Source: Selaginella moellendorffii (taxonomy: Eukaryota; Plantae; Lycopodiophyta). Taken from it: DNA of 64,000 bases. The DNA is taken from positions 186,001 through 250,000 of the forward strand of contig NW_003314326.1 of assembly GCF_000143415.4 (NCBI RefSeq), given 5' to 3'. Made by a program: the position numbers and the translations under genes. The stretch's first letter is position 1, and each line of letters begins with the position of its first letter. Below are positions 11,055 through 23,225 of the stretch, in pieces. Under the pieces are notes generated by a model, which saw only the letters and a program-made list of their open reading frames with translations, ran no database searches and had not been told where the DNA came from.

Positions 11055-12173
11055 TCAGAAAGTGATATCGTAGACCTTGGACATGTCCGGCCTAAACACC
11101 CCAAAGTTCTGCTCCGTCACGCCGGGCTTCTGGTTCTCGTTGAAGAGAGAGAAGATGTAAGCCTGCACGGGAGTGTTGGGCTTGAGAGGAGTGCCAGCGT
11201 TTGCAGCAACACGCTGGATCAAGTTCCTGTTAAAAGTGGCAGCATTGTCGAGCGAGGCACCAAAGTCACCCGCAGACGGCCAGCCGCTCTCGCTCAGCAC
11301 GATGCCAACGTCGTCGTGGTTGAGCTTCCGCATGGCCGAGTAGACCGTGTCGAGCTGAGCGTCCAACAAGTTGGAGTAGTGCAAGCCCGAGTTGGAGTCA
11401 TCGAAACCCGCGGCTCCCGGCTGGAGCAGAGAGTAGTCGAGCGCAAGGTTCTGTCCCTTGTCATCCCTGTAGGCGAAGTATGGATAGGCGTTGACAAGGA
11501 GGTAGGAGCCTGTGCGTGCCAAGAAGTCGAGCACCGGTTGCATGACACTGCCTCCGATGTCACTCCGAAACATGCCAGCCGACGGAGGGAACGCCGCATT
11601 AGCATCCAGAATGTCCATGGCGTGAGCCGTGGACACTTTGACTCTGGAAGCCACTCCCATGTTGACGAGCGACGTGTAGATGTTGTTCATGGCCGGGACG
11701 AGCTGCGGGTTGAGTTCCGGGTTGTATTTGATCACCTCGTTCCCAACAATGACGACCGAGACGATGGACCCGTACGGCATGACGTTCCCGGCGATCCATC
11801 CGTCGGCAGCGGCTTGAGACGAGGCAACCCCGGCAATCTCACCGTTGCCAAGAGTTATAGCCACCGGAATGCCTTGGCGCGCGAAGGCTTGGATGGCAGC
11901 GGGATCGGCATCAAATATCCGAACCATGCCAATGTTTTGGGACTTGACCAGCTGAGCAACTGCGTCTGGAGCTGGAAGGTTGTCGGCGATTCTGCCATAA
12001 TTGACACCGATCGCTTGTGTCCCTGCAAACACGGAAGAAACATTTGGTATGCCAGGCAGTACGTAAAAGAGAAATCTAAAATCTATCCTGTCACACACAC
12101 CTGCGATCTTGCAGCAAAGAATAAACGCGGCCAGCACAAGCTCCATACTGACAGACGGTGCCATCTCCCCCAA
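11055..12173 (-). CDS. GH17 beta-1,3-glucanase
   Basis: Signal-peptide exon, short in-frame intron (~12024-12101), then IGVNYGRIADNLP, IVGNE, VNAYPYF, LSESGWPS, FSLFNENQKPG, EQNFGVF. Confidence 0.95.
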   Translation of the reverse strand: MGEMAPSVSMELVLAAFILCCKIAGVCDRIDFRFLFYVLPGIPNVSSVFAGTQAIGVNYGRIADNLPAPDAVAQLVKSQNIGMVRIFDADPAAIQAFARQGIPVAITLGNGEIAGVASSQAAADGWIAGNVMPYGSIVSVVIVGNEVIKYNPELNPQLVPAMNNIYTSLVNMGVASRVKVSTAHAMDILDANAAFPPSAGMFRSDIGGSVMQPVLDFLARTGSYLLVNAYPYFAYRDDKGQNLALDYSLLQPGAAGFDDSNSGLHYSNLLDAQLDTVYSAMRKLNHDDVGIVLSESGWPSAGDFGASLDNAATFNRNLIQRVAANAGTPLKPNTPVQAYIFSLFNENQKPGVTEQNFGVFRPDMSKVYDITF

Positions 12174-12547
12174 AAATCAAGGCTTGCAACTCGAGCGAAA
12201 ACATCGTGACTCACACGTCTACTTGTCATCGTCAAAAAGCGTGTCGGTGGACCCGGACAAGTTGGTAGCGGCCACAAATCTCTTTTGGACAGCCAGTGGC
12301 TGAAATGCCACGCACTGAATAAGTGCTCCACCGGCATCCTTGAAACTATGATATCAGCCCTGTGCATCCGTATAGAATGGATTCTCACTCATCTTGGGCA
12401 TAGATCTAAAGACTAGATATGGTCTGGCTACCTGGGCAGCAAGCAAGCATCACACCGTTAGACAGACCAAAGCTCGTAAGTACCTTGAGTGCGGGGGGAC
12501 CGCACAAGAACTTTTTAGAAAGAGCTGGAGTACGTAGAAGACTGGAG

Positions 12548-13857
12548 CTACCAGTGCAAACTGGAGCTCCCCAAGCGAAGCAACGGGTGCGAGAAATACG
12601 CCCCCAAAGTCAGTGCTGTGATGATCAAGTAAGGTAGCCTCAGGAATTCCTTGTAGAAATCCCGTGGCAGCTTCTGTCGGCCTTGAGCTATAGCCACGAA
12701 GGGCACTACACTCGTTCTCTGCCTCACGGCCTCGAAGGCGTCGCCGTAGCGAAGGGAAAGTCGTCTGTCACCGTTCCACACTCCGAAAAGGTGGTGAGCG
12801 AGAAGCCCGATGGACGTGGTCAGCGTGAAGGAGCTGCCGATCCATAGCGTGTGAGCAAAACACCACATGAACTGTCCAACCATCTGCGGGTCGAGCAGAG
12901 GAAAGGATTCATTTACAACACTGGAATGAATTCGAGCTTGGACTGTGTAGCATACCTGGGGATGCCGGGTGATTCTCATGATCCCAGTCTCCCACATATG
13001 AAGCTTGGGCTTGTCGACAGCAGCAACTTCGAGCAGATTAAACGTGGACGGATAGAGGAAGAAGAATGACGTAAACGAGAGAAGCCACACCAGCTGATGG
13101 ACTCCAGGAACGTCTTGGACGTGCCATAGCTGCGCACCTTCGTATCTATGGTTGATAAAATACACCTGCGCGAACAAGTGGAGCGTAAATAAGCGCACGA
13201 CTGGAAGATGTTTCGTGCTTGGTGACTGACCACGGCAGAAACTGCCAGCGGAAGCGACAGTCCAGCAAAAACAACTCGGTACGCCCTCTCGCCGATGAGC
13301 TGCTCGCCTCGGTCGCGAAAACTGGCCAGGCCACTGTGGACCAGAGCGAAAATGGCGAGCATAGCGGTGATCACGAGCTGCAAAGACACTTATCTCATGA
13401 AGAAAGAAACAAGAAAAATAGAAGAAAGATGTACCTCGGGAGAATTGTTGGTGAGCGTGGAGAGCCAGTCGACGTAAGCGGTTCCATAGCCCGTGCTTGG
13501 ATCGAGCCACGCGAAGTAGAGAACCACGGTGACGGCGGCAAGAATGGCTGTAAAGTAGAGCCAGGACGAAAGCTTCTGGCTCTGGAGCTCAAACACCGCA
13601 GAGTCTTCACCCACGAGCGGAGGAGGACTTTGGTCATCGGCGCTCGCGGACGGTAGCACCTCGGACTCGTTGGAGACGCGAGCAAAGACAAGAACTCGTC
13701 CAAGCCCATGGTAGCGTCGTGATATGGATGTTGGTGCTCCACCAATGCCAAAGCCACGAGCACCACCTCCTAGGTTATTTACCTTTGTGATGCGCTGTTG
13801 GGCGATGGACGGGCGAGCTACAAGGGCGCAGCGCAGGCACTGCGCAGCCACGGCCAT
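12548..13857 (-). CDS. Z-ISO: 15-cis-zeta-carotene isomerase (NnrU family), chloroplast
   Basis: Transit peptide, LVGEDSAVFEL, FALVHSGLA, YFINHRY, KPKLHMWETGIMRITRHPQ, AHHLFGVWNGDRRL, FLRLPY...YFSHPL. Multi-exon. Confidence 0.95.
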
Positions 13858-14189
13858 GGCCTCCTCGCTCCTCCTTGCTTAGCCTCTGTTTAGCTCATTA
13901 TTCCACTCACCACATTTTCTGGTGATAACATTCCAGCGCAAGAGATTCCTGGCGAATCGGACGAACGCGCCGCGAAGGGTAAAATAGTCGCCGTAAAAAC
14001 TCTCAATGTTGACGTGGTAATTTCTCCCAGCCATCATCCCGAGAATTACGGGAACATCCCTTCTATCCAGGACAGGTATCTTCTATCATCTCCTTAATGA
14101 GCAAAGTATGAGCTAAGTAACGCGGCATTGGCCGCGACCCTACAGCAACGTGCAGCCTGTTTGACTAGCCTCCTAGGCTTTTTAGATTC

Positions 14190-14277
14190 GATCCCAAGTT
14201 TCTGGACTACTCATCACTCTCTCCATCGCATTGATCCCAAGTTTCCGGAGCTCTACTCATCATTCTCTCCATCGCAT
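14190..14277. repeat. Two-copy ~45 bp imperfect tandem repeat upstream of the U-box gene
   Basis: gatcccaagtttc..ctactcatca.tctctccatcgcat occurs twice back to back. Confidence 0.8.
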
Positions 14278-14310
14278 CGATCATTCCATTCCACTCCATA
14301 GCTTGGGTCG

Positions 14311-17300
14311 ATGATGGTGATCGAGCACATAGATCTGGTGGCCGATGCGCTCAAGCTCGCCTATCGCATCGTGAGGAACTACCAGGATGTCCCCAAGCAG
14401 AGAGGTAAATGCCGGGAGCTGATTGACCAGGTCTGTAGGCTGGCTGGCCTCCTCCAGGAGCTCCAAAACTCGCGAACGCCGCAAGCGCCACTCACCCCTC
14501 AGGCCAAGGCATGCTTCGAGGGCCTCAACAAATGCCTCGAGGACGCCTACAGGTATCTTTCTTCCATCCGCACTCAAAAATCGCAAGCTCGAGTGGCTTG
14601 GCAGGGTTTTGGAGAAGACATCGAGGGCCAGCATTCTCCGCTACATTTTCATGAGCAAGGAGGTTGACGAAGATTTGAGCGTCGTGTCCGGCAGTATAGA
14701 TGGCTTCCTCAAGTCCGTCCCGCTGGTGTGCTTGACGGTGACTGTAAGAATACTAAGAACTGTGTGTTTGCAGATCCAATTCACGCAAGCAACGGCAATC
14801 CAAGCCGACGTGAAGGAGCTGGCGAGCGCATTCTCCAAGCTGAGCACGGAGCTCCAGCATAAGAGCGCGTACACGCAAGAGCAGCAAGACCTTGCGGACG
14901 AGGTATGTTTTCCTGCCATGTAGCGAGCGAGAGTGTTCGAGCTTTGGTTGCAGGTGTTGTCGATATTGCGGAGCAGGACTGAAGATGAACAAGAGAGCAC
15001 CTTGGACAAGCTTCTAGCGTGGCTCGCGGAGAAATTCGAGTCGGACATGGAGACCGTGCGCAGGGAATGGCAGGTAAAGTACTCTCTTGCCGATCGAAAA
15101 GTTTGCCAAATGAAAAGTCTCGTTTCAGGACATGAAGCGATCGAAGAGCGATTTGATGACACAAGTCGGCACGACTTCTTCTTCCAAGCAAAGGATTGAA
15201 GAAAAGCTCTTGGAGCAGATCATCTTCTGCATCGACGAGCTCGAAGTTAATGGCAAAGTCTTGGAGGTGGACGCGGCTGGCATCCCAGGAGAGTTTCTTT
15301 GCTCCGTCTGTCACGACTTGATGAAGCGACCGGTCCTCCTCACGTCCGGCCACTCCTACTGTAGGCACTGCATCGAGCGGTGCTTTGGCAACGGTCCTGC
15401 CGTCTGTCCAAACTCGAGAGCTCTTGTGCAACCCGACTTGCTCATCGACAACATTGCCTTGCGAAATGCCATCGCCAGGTTCGTGTCTCGCGTTATCTGA
15501 CTTCATCTTAAAAACCACCCATGCATGTCTTTCTAGGTGGAAGCAAACAGCTTCTCCTGCGCACGCCGAGGATGTTGACGAACCAGTTGTGGACGTGGTG
15601 GAGAGAAGCTACGACGAGGGCTTCGTTCTCCAGACGGTCTCGGAGCTCGAGTCCGACAACCATATCAAGCAGCTCAGGGCGCTCAACTGCCTGCTCGAAG
15701 TCGCGTCATCCACAAGTGGAGCAGCATCAATCCTCAAGTCCGGAGGCACAGCACAGCTTGTAAAGCTGCTCAAGTCATCCAGGAGAATGGTGGTGGAGAA
15801 AACCGCAGCTATTCTTGCGCTCATGACTTCCAGACAAGCTACTGCCGATGATACAGGACAGGTTGTGAGCGAGATCTTTGAGCACTGCTTGGATCTGGTC
15901 ACCACAGGAACGGGGACGGTTCGACTGAAATCCGCCGAGACCATCACCAACTTGCTATCGATTCCCGAGGCGACGGAGTTCCTCCTCTCTCAGGTGGGAA
16001 TTATTTCATCCTTCGCGGCACTGGCTACCGAGTCTGAAGATGGCATGGACATTTCCCTTCGATGCCTCCGGAAGCTATCGAGAAACAAGGACGCAAGTTT
16101 TAGCGGTGACTCCTCTTTGGTAGCATGTCTCCTCGATCTTCTCAAGTCGGAGGAAGATTGCATCGTTCAAGAGTCGGTTCTGGCACTCAAGTCCGCAGTG
16201 TCTTCCGGATCGTCTCGAGCTTGCGCGGTTTTGAAGAAGAAGAATGCTGTATCTCACCTGGTTCGCTGCGCAGCTTCATTATCCGGGGACTCTCAGGAAG
16301 CCGCAATCACAGTACTGGAGCACTTTGCCAAGAACGAAGGCTTCAGTGACTTGGTCGAAGCGGGATACCACAGATTCATCGTGCAGCTGGTTTCGGCATT
16401 TCATCCCTCGGACAACGCGCGTCTGCTCGCGAGCATACTCCGTCTGTCGACCGGCTGTCTAGACTTGCAGCAGGACTGGAGTTTCGAACTTGGTGACGTG
16501 CAAAGGCTGACGTCTCGCCTCATGGATACGCTCCAAGTCAAGGACTGCACGGCCGAGGCGCTCGAGCTCCTCAAAACGCTGTGTTCCAAGGATCCCGCAT
16601 GCAAGGAGCTTGTGGTCGAAAACGATGGCGTCACAGTTCTGCTGGTGCTTGCAGTCTCGCCACGCTCAACGTGCAGGAAGGGAGCTCTTGCTGTGCTCAC
16701 AACTCTCCTACGCTCGAGTGCATGCCAGGAGGAGTTTTCCAGAGCTGGAGGGATTGGAGTGCTTGGCAACACCATACAGACAGATGACAGTGCCGAGTGC
16801 GTCACGGAGGCTATGATATCGCTGGGACTCTTGGCAGGCAACGGCAAGCTGAGGCATCTGGCACTTAAGAGCTTGGATCTTTACAAGCTCCTGTGCTGTT
16901 GCATCGACGAGAACTTCCCCGAGCAGTGCAGAGAATCAGCCGCGTCTCTTGCGCTGTGGTCACTGACCGAGAGGAGCGATGTCATAGTGTCGAAGCCAAG
17001 CCTCAAGCAGCTTGGCTACGTGCTACAGCATGGCCGCAGCAAAACCATCAGAACGAAGGTGGCGGAGATATTGCTGGTGCACGCTAGCAGAGGAGGAGAG
17101 GAGGGACTGGCAAGCCTGGGCGGATCGAGCCGGCTCCATCTCGTAGAGCTGGCGGATGAAGCAGGAGAAACATACAGAGAGCTGCTACTCTCCTTTGTGA
17201 GCCGCAGCAGACCATGTACGCAGGAGGAGATCCCGCTCCTCCTTGAAGCGTTCTCGAGGAGCGAGTACATGGACGACGCGGTAGCATCGATCAGAATGCT

Positions 17301-18637
17301 GGTGGAGAGCAGCACCTCGTCTCACTCGGTGCTTTTGGCAGCTGGTTTCGGACACACCGGCTTGGAAGCTCTCAAGTCTGGCCGCTGCGGGGAGCCATGC
17401 ATTGACGATATCTCTGCGTCGCTGGTTCTTCTTTATTCCTGCTGCAGCCAGCAGCAGTGCGAAGCGTCGCCGAAATACGTCCAAGGGCTGATGAAGCTCC
17501 TGACGATGGATGCCCCAGGCAGCGTGACAAGAGCAGCAGTGTGCTTACTCTCCTCTTTCGCCCACCCCGACAGTGCATGCCTCCAGGGTCCGCTGAAAAC
17601 TTCTTCGCACGCGATCAAGCCGCTCTTGTCCGTGCTGCCACAGGCGAGGCTTGAGGCTCTGGAGTTGCTCTCCATCGCCGTGGAGGATTCTTCCCTGAAG
17701 GTAGAGCTTTACAGGCAAGGTGCCATTCCAAAGCTGATAGAGTGCCTTTCTCCGGACAACGATCGGGTACAGGTACGCTGCCTGTTCGGCAGAACATATG
17801 CTGACACTGACTTTATCTTTGCAGGAGTTGGCAATCTCCATTCTCTTGAAAATCGGTGCACTGAGCGAGGCCATGGAAGGTATCCGCGGCAGCATGATCT
17901 CCAACGGGATCATGGACCACTTGCTCGACATCCTCCGGAAGACTGGCGAGAGATCACAAGCCGCGGTCGTAAACAGTGCCTGTCTCATCCGCAACCTCGC
18001 CCGCAGCCTTACTTCCGGAACCGATAACGCACTCAGGACCTTGCTGGCCGTCTACAGGTTCTGCCTCACTAACAGCCCCCGGGAAGGCTACGTTGAGAGG
18101 ATAACGTACGTGATCTCCGCTCTGGAGACGCTCACCGTTCCGGGCACTCAGCAACTGAAGCTGCTGCTGAGAGACAGCATCCCCATCCTCGTCAAGCCGC
18201 TGCAGGAAGACTACGCCAGCCAAGGTGACCCCGACGAGAAGATCAAGAGGAGCGCCCTGGCAATCCTGGCAAGCCTGTTGCAGGAAGCAAGCCTGTGCAA
18301 AGAAGTGCGCAGCATGCTTCTCACCCGTGCCTCCGTGTTGGCCTTGAGGAATATCATGGACAAGTCCGGCAGCAACGAGTGCAAGACGCGCGCTCTCAAT
18401 CTCTTGGCCAAGCTCATGACCTCCGCCTCCAGCTTGAAGGAGGTAAGCAAGATGATGCGCGAGGATGACTGCATCAGCGTGGTGTTTAGACTCACGCAGC
18501 TACACGAGTGCTCCATCCCTGCCACCAAGTTAATCGAGTTGATGAAGCATGACAGGAGTACGAGAACTTACATCGAGGGAAACTTGTTCCCATGGCAAAG
18601 AACCACCTCGGCACCGGCAATGAGCAGAGGTGTGTAG
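14311..18637 (+). CDS. U-box/RING-like E3 ligase with an N-terminal helical (UND/MCAfunc/MLKL-like) domain and a long ARM-repeat region
   Basis: IPGEFLCSVCHDLMKRPVLLTSGHSYCRHCIERCF...CP...NIALRNAIARW, followed by >900 aa of ARM-like helical repeats (GGTAQLVKLL, GAIPKLIECL). About 7 exons with GT-AG introns. Confidence 0.85.
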
Positions 18638-18688
18638 AAAAAGTAGACACAGTGTTGTACACTCCAATGTGTATAAACAAGAATATTT

Positions 18689-19533
18689 TCATTTTCTCGG
18701 CCTGAAGGGCAGCACAAAGGATATCGACTTTCCTGGTTTGGTACCTGTGAAAAAATACCTTTCAAATCAATGATCGAGACTAGAACAAGACGCTCACTTA
18801 CATTCTTTCGAGCACTGGTTGACACACGAGCCGATGACTCGCTTGGTGTCATCCGGATCTAGAACGTAGCCTGTTGTTCCGTTGACATGACGAAGGTGTC
18901 GAGCGATAGCAGCTTTGCAAACCATGCTACAAGGCTGTGAGCACGACTCCTCTCTCGATTGCCCCTCTCCTTTACCGCAGCAAGGCTCCCCCAGCAGCGT
19001 CACCTGCATTTTCCTGAGATGCCATCCACACTTTCTCAAAAGTGGTAAACCTTCAATCCGGCTGGAACTGCCTGAAGCTCCGGGCTTTCCAAGCTGGATT
19101 CCAAAACATTCATGCTAGATAGATTCATGGAGACAAGCAAGAGTTAGGATCAGCAATCTTCAAAGATAGAGCTTCTCCTACCATGCTGACGCCGTGAAGC
19201 CCTTTCTCCGAGCGACAATCTTCCCCTCCACAATCTGCTCGATAAAATACTTCTTGCTGACAAGACAAAGCTGAGAAAGACGAAAAAGAGGATTACCTAC
19301 AAGATGCTTCCATAGATTGTGAATGGCTCCACCGGATCGCGCTCCACTCGCTGCTCTTGCTGCTGCTGCTGCTGTTGCTGCTGGCCCCCAAGCCAGTCGA
19401 ATGCAAGCGCTTGTGATGGCGGCGGATGGAGCACGAGTGCCGCGCAGCTGGCCAGAGACACGAGCGCGCTCCTGGTGTGCGGAGGAGCGCTTCGATGCCC
19501 AGGCCAAGGCACCGGATTGCTCGCCATAGCCAT
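18689..19533 (-). CDS. Uncharacterised Cys-rich protein, probably thylakoid-lumen targeted
   Basis: Five exons splice in frame: 19533-19301, 19256-19182, 19114-19051, 19003-18802, 18744-18689. Hydrophobic stretch ending SQALA, then RDPVEPFTIYGSIFKKYFIE...CSQPCSMVC...CVNQCSKECTKPGKSISFVLPFRPRK*. Confidence 0.75.
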
Positions 19534-19600
19534 AAAATAATTTAAAAAGAGAGATAGATTAGGGTTCCCTGCCTAAGGAATTGAATGGCTCGCGTCGTGG

Positions 19601-21709
19601 ATGCGCACCATCGTGTGTGGGCGCAAGCATGCTGCTGTAAGTCTCTTGCTCGCGCATCGCCTCCCAGATCTTGCTGCTCGCGACGTCTCCACCAAGGCAG
19701 CAGGTCAGCTGCTGTGCGCGCTCAAGGCATGCGGCAGCATTGGCGATGTGGAGCTGGGGAGGAAGCTCCACTGCGATGCTGCCCACGACGCCATTGTCAC
19801 CGGCATTCACGTAGCAAACACGCTGCTGAGCATGTACGCGAGATGCGGCAGCCCCGCGGATGCTCGCGCCGTCTTCGTGGCCATCCCGCGCCCTGATCTC
19901 GTCTCCTGGAACGCGCTCGTCCTGGGCCTGGCGATCAACGCTGGCTACCAAGCCGAGGCTCTTCACTTGGTGGAGGAGCTCATGCCGGCTTGTGATGCCC
20001 GGACCTTTGTAGCGGCAATGGTGGCTTGTGCGAGCCTGGCAGCACGACAAGGAGATCGCGATGGCCTGGAGTTGCTGGACAGGGCCATGGCTCTACACTC
20101 CCGGGCTCTGAGTAGCGGCAACATGGACTTGTTTGTGGCCAACTCCGCGGTGGATATGTATACCAAGTGTGGCAGCTTGCTGGATTCCAGGATGGTCTTC
20201 GATAGGATGCCGTGCCATAGCTTGGTGTCGTGGAATTCCTTGATATCGGCCTGTGTCGACAACGAGGAAGCCGAGCTCGGGCTCCAGCTCTTCCACACAG
20301 TGTCGGATCATGGATGGGAGCCGAATGCTCGGACGTTTGTGGCTGCTCTTTCCTGCTGCTCGTCACTCATATCCAAGCAAGGCAGTACTCCCGGAGAACC
20401 AAACGTAGTATGTTGGAAGGAGGAGGTTGCGAAAATCCACTCTCAAGCTGCTGGGACCGGCTGTGACTCGCAACTCTTTGTAGCAAACTGTTTGATCGAC
20501 GTGTACGCGAGCTGCGGCAGCTTGCTAGAGGCTCGAGCGGTGTTCAACAAGATGCAAGTCCGTAGCGTCGTCTCGTGGACAGCTCTACTTTTTGGATACG
20601 TCCACAACGGGGAAAGCAGGGCCGGACTGGAGCTGTTTTCGCGCATGCAAGCTCAAGGCTCCGTAACTCCAAATGCCTGCACGTTTGTAGCGGCTCTCAT
20701 GGCTGTCTCGGCTCTGGCGGAAGAAGAAGCAGGCAAGCTTGTCCGTGGAAGGCTTGTCAAAGTGAGCAGCCTGGAGTACGGGATGGGTTTACACTCCCAG
20801 CTTTGCAAGGACGCGGCTGCAGTGACGGACATATATGTGGGAAACAGCATCCTTGTCATGTACACCAAGTGTGGCAGCATGCTGGATGCTCGTTGCGTCT
20901 TTGATACCATCTCCACTTGGGACACCGCATCGTGGAACTCGCTTCTCCTCGGCTACGCTGAGAATGGAGAGGCAGAACTATGCCTGGAACTGTTCGCAGC
21001 CATGAAGCCATCAGTCGTTGCAATCGCCCCGGATGCTCGGACTCTCGTTGCTGCACTCGTTGCTTGCGGGAGCCTTACTTCACTTCAAACTGGAAAGTTT
21101 CTCCACGGGGAGATTTGCAGGCACGGAATGGAGAGGGACGTGTTCTTGGCAAACAGCCTCATTGACTTGTACAGCAAATGCGGGAGCCTAGCCAATGCAG
21201 AACAGGTTTTCGATTCGACAAGCACCAAAAACTCGGTGACTTGGAGTTCACTGATTGCGGGATATTGTCAAGCAGGAGACGGAAATGATGGAGCCGCTTT
21301 CGCGCTTGAGCTCTTGTCCCTGATGCGTGAACTTGGCCTGGAACCCAATGATGTTACCTTTCTGTCGCTTCTCACGGGATGCAGCCGAGCGGGGCTTGTT
21401 AACAAGGGAAGGCAGTGCTTCCGAGCTATGATCTCGCAACACAGGATCAAGCCTCGCATCGAACACTACCACTGCATGATCGATATGCTGGGCCGTGCTA
21501 ATCGCCTGGAGGAGGCCATGTCAACGCTGGAATCCATGCCTTTCTGTGCAACTCAAGTCACCTGGACTATCATCTTGGCAGCGTGTCACAAATGGAACAA
21601 CGTAGAGCTGGGGACAAGGGCTTACCACAAGCTGCTTGACATGGACGAGAGCCAGATCGCGGCATACGTGCTCATGTCCAACATCTACGGGATCAATGCA
21701 AGAGCTTGA
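19601..21709 (+). CDS. PLS-class PPR protein with E extension
   Basis: 702-aa intronless ORF with P-L-S triplets; HYHCMIDMLGRAN...WTIILAAC...YVLMSNIY. Confidence 0.95.
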   Translation: MRTIVCGRKHAAVSLLLAHRLPDLAARDVSTKAAGQLLCALKACGSIGDVELGRKLHCDAAHDAIVTGIHVANTLLSMYARCGSPADARAVFVAIPRPDLVSWNALVLGLAINAGYQAEALHLVEELMPACDARTFVAAMVACASLAARQGDRDGLELLDRAMALHSRALSSGNMDLFVANSAVDMYTKCGSLLDSRMVFDRMPCHSLVSWNSLISACVDNEEAELGLQLFHTVSDHGWEPNARTFVAALSCCSSLISKQGSTPGEPNVVCWKEEVAKIHSQAAGTGCDSQLFVANCLIDVYASCGSLLEARAVFNKMQVRSVVSWTALLFGYVHNGESRAGLELFSRMQAQGSVTPNACTFVAALMAVSALAEEEAGKLVRGRLVKVSSLEYGMGLHSQLCKDAAAVTDIYVGNSILVMYTKCGSMLDARCVFDTISTWDTASWNSLLLGYAENGEAELCLELFAAMKPSVVAIAPDARTLVAALVACGSLTSLQTGKFLHGEICRHGMERDVFLANSLIDLYSKCGSLANAEQVFDSTSTKNSVTWSSLIAGYCQAGDGNDGAAFALELLSLMRELGLEPNDVTFLSLLTGCSRAGLVNKGRQCFRAMISQHRIKPRIEHYHCMIDMLGRANRLEEAMSTLESMPFCATQVTWTIILAACHKWNNVELGTRAYHKLLDMDESQIAAYVLMSNIYGINARA

Positions 21710-21971
21710 GTCGGTCCGATGAGCAGCAAACAATGCAGCCCAAGCAACGGAGTCGGGAGTGAATGACATGGTTATAGCTACACGTTAAGGCTTGATGTGA
21801 ATCAGCCAACTCCTTTCTCAGTTCTCTGATATGCTTCCATACTCTCAGGGCTTATGCTCTTTGCGTGTGAGTATGTGTGGCTCCAGCTTGTACTAGTAGT
21901 AAGTTCTTCCCTCTTGCTGCTTCACTTCCGTGTCTTTGATGATGACGTGCTGCTGATCACTTATGGTCCAA
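21660..21971. repeat. Left copy of a direct duplication (PPR/PPR junction plus decayed PPD4 3' end)
   Basis: 21660-21772 matches 23354-23477, and 21784-21971 matches 24774-25080 with deletions (gttaaggcttgatgtgaatcagccaactc; gtgtggctccagct.gtact.gtagtaagttct). Confidence 0.9.
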
Positions 21972-21984
21972 GAATACAAAGGTT

Positions 21985-23225
21985 ATGTGTGGAAGAAAGG
22001 TATATAAGAAGCGCTTTTCATATATACATATTGTCATGGGCTCCATGTTGGCTCGGCACGGGTGCTCGAGTTCGGTGGTGTACTCAAGTAGATTTTTCAA
22101 CCGGGAGATGGAGATAGCTAAGGTGGACAAGTTGTTGCAGCCGTCAGTCTTCGGTGACGCTGGGAAGGTTGTGACCATTCTCGGTCCCAAGGATTCGGGT
22201 AAGACGGCAGTGATTCGCGAGTTCCGCCGTAGGCAGAGCTTGGGGCTGGTCTCGGGGGTGTCTTCCTACATCCATTTGCGGCAGAGTTACAACTTGTCCC
22301 CCGCGAACTTTGCCAACACTTTGTGGACGAGCCTTGGGCAGTCTCTGGGGCAGAAAATCGACGCCGATGCAAATATGAAAACTCTGAAGCATCAGATTGG
22401 TTGCAAGTCATGGGGTATTGATATTGACGACAAGTTATTCAAGGTTACCACTCCTCAAAGAACCGCCTTGCATAGTAGGGAGCGGGCTGATGCAATGGCA
22501 ATGGTGTTTGAGGCTTTACCCCACTACTGCATGGACGTGGTGAGGGATTTTCTGAATGGCTACACTGGTGGCTTTCCAACGGCTTTCATCGATGAAGCCA
22601 ACGTTCTTCAATACTGGCATTCTCGCGAGATGGATGAGCTGATGCGGCAGATAGTCAGGTTCTCCAAGCAAGAGTGTGTTGCAAACGTTGTCTTGCTATC
22701 GTCTGAGAACTTCTTCACGCAGTGGGATTGATCACATGCTGGATGTCCAAGGTCACCGAACGAGATCTGTGACCATAGGAAACTTCCCCAAGGATGAGTC
22801 TCTGGCTTTTGTGGGACAGCAAGCCGGGCCCGAGAGACTGGCCAAGGTGCAAGTTCTGTGGGACGAGGTGTTCGACCACATCGAATTCTGCGAACAGGTA
22901 AAGTGCGCTCATGTGGATAAAGTGGAGGAGGCATGGGAGGCCTGGAAGGAAGTAACAATTGGCTGTGAACTCAACGAAAGTTTTTTCTCTCGACATGACA
23001 AATGGACGCGAAAGACGTTCCTTGAAGTCTTGAAAAAGGTCGTGATGGTATTGTCCCGTATGCGGAGCTCCTTGAGCACCAGGATACTGTAAACTCTATG
23101 TTAGAACGCAACCTGCTGCAGTACAGGACTAATTGGACCTGTCATGGATGTGGCTGTCAAGTGGAACTACCCGATCATCATCCCAAGCAATGGCCATGAA
23201 AAAGCTTCTCTCTCTCAACTCTTGA
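21985..23225 (+). pseudogene. Frameshifted intronless P-loop NTPase (archaeal-ATPase/STAND-like) with a C-terminal helical domain
   Basis: FFNREMEI, Walker A GPKDSGKT, Walker B AFIDEAN, NVVLLSSE. Frameshifts near 22725 (FFTQW/IDHML...VTIGNFPKDES) and 23040 (DGIVPYAELL...SMLERNLLQYR). Confidence 0.75.

Noticed and set aside
9342-12209. Long antisense ORFs (371 aa and 387 aa) over the two GH17 genes
   Set aside because: They are codon-aligned shadows of GC3-rich genes and show no protein motifs.
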